Of a stretch of DNA of 64,000 nucleotides, positions 54,959 through 64,000 are shown one piece after another. Both the position numbers and the translations under genes were made by a program. Each line of letters begins with the position of its first letter. Position 1 is the first letter of the stretch. Origin of the DNA: Nitrospirales bacterium (GTDB lineage: Bacteria; Nitrospirota; Nitrospiria; Nitrospirales; UBA8639); assembly GCA_965203295.1 (NCBI GenBank), contig CBDBCZ010000018.1, forward strand, positions 1,792,001 through 1,856,000, read 5' to 3'. The notes below the pieces were generated by a model. It made no database searches. It was not told where the DNA came from and saw only the letters and a list, made by a program, of their open reading frames with translations.

Positions 54959-57900
54959 TTAATAACCAGTTCTATTTTCTAAACAGTTCGGAAAGGTCAG
55001 CTAAATGGTAGCTAGTTACTTTGGCTTAAAGTCTTTGCCAGAGACCAACAAAGCTAACAATTTTCAATAAATCCTTCTTTCCTAATCTTCAGACAGACAT
55101 CAACCAAACTAAACAAGCCTTTGAATAACAAGTTCTTTTCCTAAACAGTTGGGAAGGGTCAGATCTGAAGATTAGGAAAGAAGGATTTCATTGAAAATTG
55201 TTAGTTTTGTTGGTCTCAGGCAAAGACTTTCAGCCAAAGTAACTGGCTACCATTGATCTGACCCTTCCCAACTGTTTTGGAAAAGAACTGGTTATTCAAA
55301 GGCTTGTTTAGTTTGAATGATGTTAGTCAGATACAATACACGCTTATGAAGTATCGATGTTCAAGAAAGGAACTAGTTATTTAAAGGCTTGTTTAGTTTG
55401 GTTGATGTTAGTCTAAAGATTAAGAAAGAAGGATTTTATTGAAAATTGTTAGTTTTGTTGGTCTCAGGAAAAGACTTTCAGCCAAAGTAACTGGCTACCA
55501 TTGAGGCTAACATCAACAAAACTAAACAGGCCTTTGAATAACCAGCTCTTTTTCTAAACAGTTGGGAAGGGTCAGATAAATGGTAGCAAGTTACTTTGGC
55601 TTAAAATCATTGCCAGAGACAACAAAACTAACAATTTTGAATATAATCCTTCTTTCCTAATCTTCAGACTAACATCAACCAAACTAAACAAGCCTTTGAA
55701 TAACCAGTTCCTTTATTGAACATAGATAATTCCTAAGCATGGATTGTATATGACTAACATGATTCAAACTAAACAAGCCTTTGAATAACCAGTTCTTTTT
55801 CTAAACATTTCGGAAGGGTCAGATAAATGGTAGCTAGTTACTTTGGCTTAAAGTCTTTGCCAGAGACCAAGAAAACTAACAATTTTTAATAAAATCCCTC
55901 TTTCCTAATCTTCAGACAAACATCAACCAAACTAAACAAGCCTTTGAATAAACAGTTCCTTTCTTGAACATCGATACTTCCTAAGCATGTATTGTATTTG
56001 ACTAACATCATTCACACTAAACAAGCCTTTGAATAACCAGTTCTTATCCTAAACAGTTGGGAAAGGTCAGATCAATGGTAGCTAGTTACTTTGGCTGAAA
56101 GTCTTTGCCTGAGACCAAAAAAAACGAATTCTTCCTAAGAATGTATTGTATATGGCTAACATCAGCGAAACTAAACAAGCTATTGAATCCTAAACCAGTC
56201 CTTTTACTAGACAGTTGGGAAGGGTCAAATCAACGGTAGCTAGTTGTTTTGGCTTAAAATCTTTGTTTGAAATCAACAAAACTCAAATTCTACTAATTTG
56301 CAGCTTAAAGTCTTTGCAAGAGACCAACAAAACTAACAATTTTCAATAAAATCATTCTTTCCTAATCTTCAGACTAACATCAACAAAACTAAACAGGCCT
56401 TTGAATAACCAGTTCTTTTTCTAAACAGTTGGGAAGAGTCAGATAAATGGTAGCTAGTTACTTTGGCTTAAAGTCTTTGCTAGAGACCAACAAAACTAAC
56501 AATTTTCAATAAAATCCTTCTTTCCTAATCTTCAGACTAGCATCAACAAAACTAAACAAGCCTTTGAATAACCAGTTCCTTTCTTGAACATCGATACTTC
56601 TTAAGCATGTATTGTATTTGATTAAAATCATTCAAACTAAACAAGCCTTTGCACAACCAGTTCTTTTCCTAAACATTTGGGAAGGGTCAGATCAATGGTA
56701 GCTTGTTACTTTGGCTTAAAGTCTTTGCCAGAGACCAACAAAGCTAACAATTTTCAATAAATCCTTCTTTCCTAATCTTCAGACTAACATCAACCAAACT
56801 AAACAAGCCTTTGAATAACAAGTTCCTTTCTTGAACATCGATACTTCCTAGGCATGTATTGTATTTGACTAACATCATTCAAACTAAACAAGCCTTTGCA
56901 CAACCAGTTCTTTTCCTAAACAGTTGGGAAGGGTCAGATAAATGGTAGCTTGTTACTTTGGCTGAAAGTCTTTGCTAGAGACCAACAAAACTAACAATTT
57001 TCAATAAAATCCTTCTTTCATAATCTTCAGGCTAACATCAACAAAACTAAACAGGCCCTTTAATAACCAGTTCTATTTTCTAAACAGTTCGGAAGGGTCA
57101 GCTAAATGGTAGCTAGTTACTTTGGCTTAAAGTCTTTGCCAGAGACCAACAAAGCTAACAATTTTCAATAAATCCTTCTTTCCTAATCTTCAGACAGACA
57201 TCAACCAAACTAAACAAGCCTTTGAATAACAAGTTCTTTTCCTTAACAGTTGGGAAGGGTCAGATCTGAAGATTAGGAAAGAAGGATTTCATTGAAAATT
57301 GTTAGTTTTGTTGGTCTCAGGCTAAGACTTTCAGCCAAAGTAACTGGCTACCATTGATCTGACCCTTCCCAACTGTTTTGGAAAAGAACTGGTTATTCAA
57401 AGGCTTGTTTAGTTTGAATGATGTTAGTCAGATACAATACACGCTTATGAAGTATCGATGTTCAAGAAAGGAACTTGTTATTCAAAGGCTTGTTTAGTTT
57501 GGTTGATGTTAGTCTAAAGATTAGGAAAGAAGGATTTTATTGAAAATTGTTAGTTTTGTTGGTCTCAGGCAAAGACTTTCAGCCAAAGTAACTGGCTACC
57601 ATTGAGGCTAACATCAACAAAACTAAACAGGCCTTTGAATAACCAGCTCTTTTTCTAAACAGTTGGGAAGGGTCAGATAAATGGTAGCAAGTTACTTTGG
57701 CTTAAAATCATTGCCAGAGACAACAAAACTAACAATTTTGAATATAATCCTTCTTTCCTAATCTTCAGACTAACATCAACCAAACTAAACAAGCCTTTGA
57801 ATAACCAGTTCCTTTATTGAACATAGATAATTCCTAAGCATGGATTGTATATGACTAACATGATTCAAACTAAACAAGCCTTTGAATAACCAGTTCTTTT

Positions 57901-60900
57901 TCTAAACAGTTCGGAAGGGTCAGATAAATGGTAGCTAGTTACTTTGGCTTAAAGTCTTTGCCAGAGACCAAGAAAACTAACAATTTTTAATAAAATCCCT
58001 CTTTCCTAATCTTCAGAAAAACATCAACCAAACTAAACAAGCCTTTGAATAAACAGTTCCTTTCTTGAACATCGATACTTCCTAAGCATGTATTGTATTT
58101 GACTAACATCATTCACACTAAACAAGCCTTTGAATAACCAGTTCTTATCCTAAACAGTTGGGAAAGGTCAGATCAATGGTAGCTAGTTATTTTGGCTGAA
58201 AGTCTTTGCCTGAGACCAAAAAAAACGAATTCTTCATAAGAATGTATTGTATATGACTAACATCAGCGAAACTAAACAAGCTATTGAATCCTAAACTAGT
58301 CCTTTTACTAGACAGTTGGGAAGGGTCAAATCAACGGTAGCTAGTTGTTTTGGCTTAAAATCTTTGTTTGAAATCAACAAAACTCAAATTCTACTAATTT
58401 GCAGCTTAAAGTCTTTGCAAGAGACCAACAAAGCTAACAATTTTCAATAAATCCTTCTTTCCTAATCTTCAGACTAACATCAACCAAACTAAACAAGCCT
58501 TTGAATAACAAGTTCCTTTCTTGAACATCGATACTTCCTAGGCATGTATTGTATTTGACTAACATCATTCAAACTAAACAAGCCTTTGAATAACCAGTTC
58601 TTTTCCTAAACAGTTAGGAAGGGTCAGATCAATGGTAGCTAGTTACTTCGGCTTAAAGTCATTGCTAGAGACCAACAAAACTAACAATTTTCAATAAAAT
58701 CCTTCTTTCCTAATCTTGAGACTAACATCAACCAAACTAAACAAGCCTTTGAATAACCAGTTCCTTTCTTGAACATCGATACTTCCTAAGCATGTATTGT
58801 ATCCTACTAACATCATTTAAACTAAACAAGCCTTTGAATAACCAGTTCATTTCCTAAACAGTTGGGATCAATGGTAGCTAGTTACTTTGGCTCAAAGTCT
58901 TTGCTAGAGACCAAAAAAACTAACGATTTTCTATAAAATACTTCTTTCCTAATCTGCAGACTAACATCAACCAAACTAAACAAGCCTTTGAATAACCAGT
59001 TCCTTTCTTGAACATCGATACTTCTTAAGCATGTATTGTATCTGACTAACATCATTCAAACTAAACAAGCCTTTGAATAACCAGTTCTTTTCCAAAACAG
59101 TTGGGAAGGGTCAGATCAATGGTAGCCAGTTACTTTGGCAGAAAGTCTTTGCCTGAGACCAACAAAACTAACAATTTTGAATAAAATCCTTCTTTCCTAA
59201 TCTTCAGGCTAACATCAACAAAACTAAACAGGCCTTTGAATAACCAGCTCTTTTTTTAAACAGTTGGGAAGGGTCAGATAAATCGTAGCAAGTTACTTTG
59301 GCTTAAAGTCTTTGCTAGAGACCAACAAAACTAACAATTTTAAATAAAATCCTTCTTTCCTAATCTTCAGACTAACATCATCAAACTAAACAAGCTTTTG
59401 AATAATCAATTCTTTTTTTAAACAGTTGGGAAGGGTCAGATCATTGGTAGCTAGTTACATTGGCTTAAAGTCTTTGCTAGAGACCAAAAAAACTAACAAT
59501 TTTCAATAAAATCCTTCTTTCCTAATCTTCAGACTAACATCATCAAACTAAACAAGCTTTTGAATAATCAATTCTTTTTTTAAACAGTTGGGATGGGTCA
59601 GATCATTGGTAGCTAGTTACATTGGCTTAAAGTCATTGCTAGAGACCAAAAAAACTAACAATTTTCAATAAAATCCTTCTTTCCTTATCTTCAGACTAAC
59701 ATCAACCAAGCATTAGAAAAACCAGTTCCTTTCTTGAACATTGATACTTCCTAAGCATGTATTGTATCTGACTAATATCATTCAAACTAAACAAGCCTTT
59801 GAATAACCAGCTCTTTTTCTAAATAGTTGGGAAGGGTCAGATCAATGGTAGCTAGTAACTTTGGCTTAAAGTCTTTGCAAGAGACCAACAAAACTATCAA
59901 TTTTCAATAAAATCCTTCTTTCCTAATCTCCAGGCTAACATCAACAAAACTAAACAGGCCTTTGAATAACCAGTTCTTTTTCTAAAAAGTTGGGAAGAGC
60001 CAGATAAATGGCAGCTAGTTACTTTGGCTTAAAGTCTTTGCTAGAGACCAACGAAACTAACAATTTTCAATACAATCCTTCTTTCCTAATCTTCAGACTA
60101 ACATCCTTCAAACTAAACAAGCTTTTGAAAAAACCAACTCTTTTTCTAAACAGTTGGGAAGGGTTAGATCATTGGTAGCTAGTTACTTTGGCTTAAAGCC
60201 TTTGCTAGAGACCAAAAAAACTAACAATTTTCATTAAAATCCTTCTTTCCTAATCTTCAGACTAACATCAACCAAGCCTTTGAATAACCAGTTCCTTTCT
60301 TGAACATTGATACTTCCTAAGCATGTATTGTATCTGACTAATATCATTCAAACAAAACAAGCCTTTGAATAACCAGTTCTTTTCCTAAACAGTTGGGAAG
60401 GGTCAGTTCAATGGTAGCTAGTTACTTTGGCTTAAAGTTTTTGCAAGAGACCAACAAAACTAACAATTTACAATAAAATCTTTATTTCCTAATCTTCAGG
60501 CTAACATCAACAAAACTAAACAGGCCTTTGAATAACCAGTTCTTTTTCTAAACAGTTCGGAAGGGTCAGATAAATGGTAGCTAGTTACTTTGGCTTAAAG
60601 TCTTTCCTAGAGACCAACAAAACTAACAATTTTCAATAAAATCCTTCTTTCCTAATCTTCAGACTAACATCAACCAAGCCTTTGAATAACCAGTTCCTTT
60701 CTTGAACATTGATACTTCCTAAGCATGTAATGTATCTGACTAATATCATTCAAACTAAACAAGCCTTTGAATAACAAGTTCCTTTCTTGAACATCGATAC
60801 TTCCTAAGCATGTATTGTATTTCACTAACATCATTCAAACTAAACAAGCCTTTGAATAACCAGTTCTTTTTCTAAACAGTTGGGAAGGGTCAGATCAATG

Positions 60901-63900
60901 GTAGTTAGTTACTTCGGCTTAAAGTCATTGCTAGAGACCAAAAAAACTAACAATTTTCAATAAAATCCTTCTTTCCTAATCTTCAGACTAACATCAACCA
61001 AACTAAACAAGCCTTTGAATAACCAGTTCCTTTCTTGAACATCGATACTTCCTAAACATGTATTGTATCCGACTAACATCATTCAAACTAAACAAGCTTT
61101 TGAATAACCAGTTCATTTCCTAAACAGTTGGGAAGGGTCAGATCAATGGTAGCTAGTTACTTTGGCTCAAAGTCTTTGCTAGAGACCAAAAAAACTAACG
61201 ATTTTCTATAAAATACTTCTTTCCTAATCTGCAGACTAACATCAACCAAACTAAACAAGCCTTTGAATAAACAGTTCCTTTCTTGAACATCGATACTTCC
61301 TAAGCTTGTAGTGTATCTTACTAACATCATCCCAACTAAACAAGCTTTTGAATAAGTTCTTTTCCTAAAAAGTTGGGAAGGGTCAGATCAATGGTAGCCA
61401 GTTAGTTTGGCTGAAAGTCGTTGCATGAGACCAACAAAACTAACAATTTTCAATAAAATCCTTCTTTCCTAATATTCAGACTAACATCATTCAAACTAAA
61501 CAAGCTTTGGAATAACCAATTCTTTTTCTAAACAGTTGGGAAGGGTCAGATCATTGGTAGCTAGTTACTTTGGCTTAAAGCCTTTGCTAGAGACCAACAA
61601 AACTAACAATTTTCAATAAAATCCTTCTTTCCTAATCTTCAGGTTAACATCAACAAAACTAAACAGGCCTTTGAATAACCAGTTCTTTTTCTAAACAGTT
61701 CGGAAGGGTCAGATTAATGGTAGCTAGTAACTTTGGCTTAAAGTCTTTGCTAGAGACCAACAAAACTAACAATTTTCAATAAAATCCTTCTTTCCTAATC
61801 TTCAGACTAACATCATTCAAACTAAACAAGCCTTTGAATAACCAGTTCTTTTCCTAAACAGTTGGGAAGGGTCAGATCAATGGTAGCTAGTTACTATGGC
61901 TTAAAGTCTTTGCTAGAGACCAACAAAACTAACAATTTTCAATAAAATCCTTCTTTCCTAATCTTCAGACTAACATCATTAAAACTAAACAAGCTTTGGA
62001 ATAACCAATTCTTTTTCTAAACAGTTGGGAAGGGTCAGATCATTGGTAGCTAGTTACTTTGGCATAAAGCCTTTGCTAGAGACCAACAAAACTAACAATT
62101 TTCAATAAAATCCTTCTTTCCTAATCTTCAGACTAACATCAACCAAGCCTTTGAATAACCAGTTCCTTTCTTGAACATTGATACTTCCTAAGCATGTATT
62201 GTATCTGACAAATATCATTCAAACTAAACAAGCCTTTGAATAACCAGCTCTTTTTCTAAATAGTTAGGAAGGGTCAGATCAATAGTAGCTAGTAACTTTG
62301 GCTTAAAGTCTTTGTAAGAGACCAACAAACTAACAATTTTCAATAAAATCCTTCTTTCCTAATCTTCAGGCTAACATCAACAAAACTAAACAGGCCTTTG
62401 AATAACCAGTTCTTCTTCTAAACAGTTGGGAAGGGTCAGATAAATGGTAGCCAGTTACTTTAGCTGAAAGTCTTTGCTAGACACCAACAAAACTAACAAT
62501 TTTCAATAAAATCCTTCTTTCCTAATCTTCAGACTAACATCTTTCAAACTAAACAAGCCTTTGAATAACCAGTTCTTTTCCTAAACAGTTTTGGGAAGGG
62601 TCAAATCAATGGTAGCTAGTTACTTTGGCTTAAAGTCTTTGCTAAAGACCAACAAAACTAACAATTTTAGATAAAATCCTTCTTTCCTAATCTTCAGACT
62701 AACATTAACCAAACTAAACAAGCCTTTGAATAACCAGTTCCTTTCTTGAACATTGATACTTCCGAAGCATGTATTGTATCTGACTAATATCATTCAAACA
62801 AAAATAGCCTTTGAATAACCATTTCTTTTCCTAAACAGTTGGGAAGGGTCAGATCAATGGTAGCAAGTTACTTTGGCTTAAAGTCTTTGCTAGAGACCAA
62901 CAAAACTAACAATTTTCATTAAAATCCTTCTTTCCTAATCTTCAGGCTAACATCAACAAAACTAAACAGGCCTTTTAATAACCAGTTCTTTTTCTAAACA
63001 GTTGGAAAGGGTCAGATAAATGGTAGCTAGTTACTTTGGCTTAAAGTCTTTGCTAGAGACCAACAAAACTAACAATTTTCAATAAAATCCTTCTTTCCTA
63101 ATCTTCAGACTAACATCATTCAAACTAAACAAGCCTTCTTTGAATAACCAGTTCTTTTCCTAAACAGTTAGGAAGGGTCAGATCAATGGTAGCTAGTTAC
63201 TTTGGCTGAAAGTCTTTGCCTGAGACCAACAAAACTAACAATTTTCAATAAAATCCTTCTTTCCTAATCTTCAGACTAACATCAACCAAACAAAACAAGC
63301 CTTTGAATAACCAGTTCCTTTCTTGAACATCGACACTTCCTAAACATGTATTGTATCCGACTAACATGATTAAAACTTATCTAGCCTTTGAATAACAGGT
63401 TCTTTTCCTAAACAGCTGGGAAGGGTCAGATCAATGGTAGCTAGTTACTTTGGCTCAAAGTCTTTGCTAGAGACCAACAAAACTAACGATTTTCTATAAA
63501 ATACTTCTTTCCTAATCTGCAGACTAACATCAAGCAAACTAAATAAGCATTTGAATAACCAGTTCCTTTCTTAAACATCGATACTTCCTAAGCATGTATT
63601 GTATCTGACTAACATCATTCAAACTAAACAAGCCTTTGAATAACAAGTTCTTTTCCTAAATAGTTGGGAAGGGTCAGATCAATGGTAGCCAGTTACTTTG
63701 GCTGAAAGTATTTGCTTGAGACCAAAAAAACTAACAATTTTAGATAAAATCCTTCTTTCCTAATCTTCAGACTAACATCAACCAAACTAAACAAGCCTTT
63801 GAATAACCAGTTCCTTTCTTGAACATCGACACTTTTTAAACATGTATTGTATTCGACTAACATCATTAAAACTAATCAAGCCTTTGAATAACCAGTTATT

Positions 63901-64000
63901 TTCCTAAACAGCTGGGAAGGGTCAGATCAATGATAGCTAGTTACTTTGGCTGAAAGTCTTTGCCTGAGACCAACAAAACTAACAATTTTCAATAAAATCC

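Larger units (their letters stand above)
44830..64000 (+). repeat. Main satellite array of 163-bp and 85-bp subunits (commonly a 248-bp dimer); runs off the window end
   Basis: Measured periods: 45590 to 45675 (85), 45675 to 45838 (163), 61801 to 61964 (163). Both subunits share a ~43-bp head. Confidence 0.98.

Noticed and set aside
41680..64000. CRISPR-like array (constant ~43-bp head alternating with other sequence)
   Set aside because: The intervening sequences are themselves repeated (two types), not unique spacers; there are no cas genes and the context is eukaryotic.
44830..64000. Hammerhead ribozyme in the satellite (minus strand has CTGAAGA...GAAA)
   Set aside because: No stem II with the required purine-pyrimidine closing pair could be drawn, and no matching stems I/III were found; an Infernal scan would settle it.

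Overview
Repeat-rich eukaryotic (animal) DNA. Short GT-AG introns and the repeat families present suggest a marine invertebrate such as a sponge, but that is inference. There is no intact host gene, rRNA or CRISPR array. Bases 1 to ~41,700 are a mosaic of nested segmental duplications. They carry decayed retroelements (LINE RT, Penelope-like RT, BEL/Pao gag), a tRNA-derived SINE, Helentron-like non-autonomous elements, a pogo-like deletion derivative, and tiny TAGYCTC...GAGRCTA palindromic insertions with 9-bp target duplications. They also carry many orphan spliceosomal exons, all on the minus strand. Four of these exons splice in phase into a 2'-5' oligoadenylate synthetase (OAS)-like nucleotidyltransferase fragment present in four copies. 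From ~41,680 to the end is a satellite array built from related 163-bp and 85-bp subunits, with higher-order duplications and a 339-bp inversion seen three times. A complete 3,269-bp piggyBac transposon sits in the satellite (TTAA TSD, 13-bp TIRs). Its transposase contains an intron and is disabled only by a 25-bp tandem triplication, and the matching empty site lies 2.1 kb downstream.
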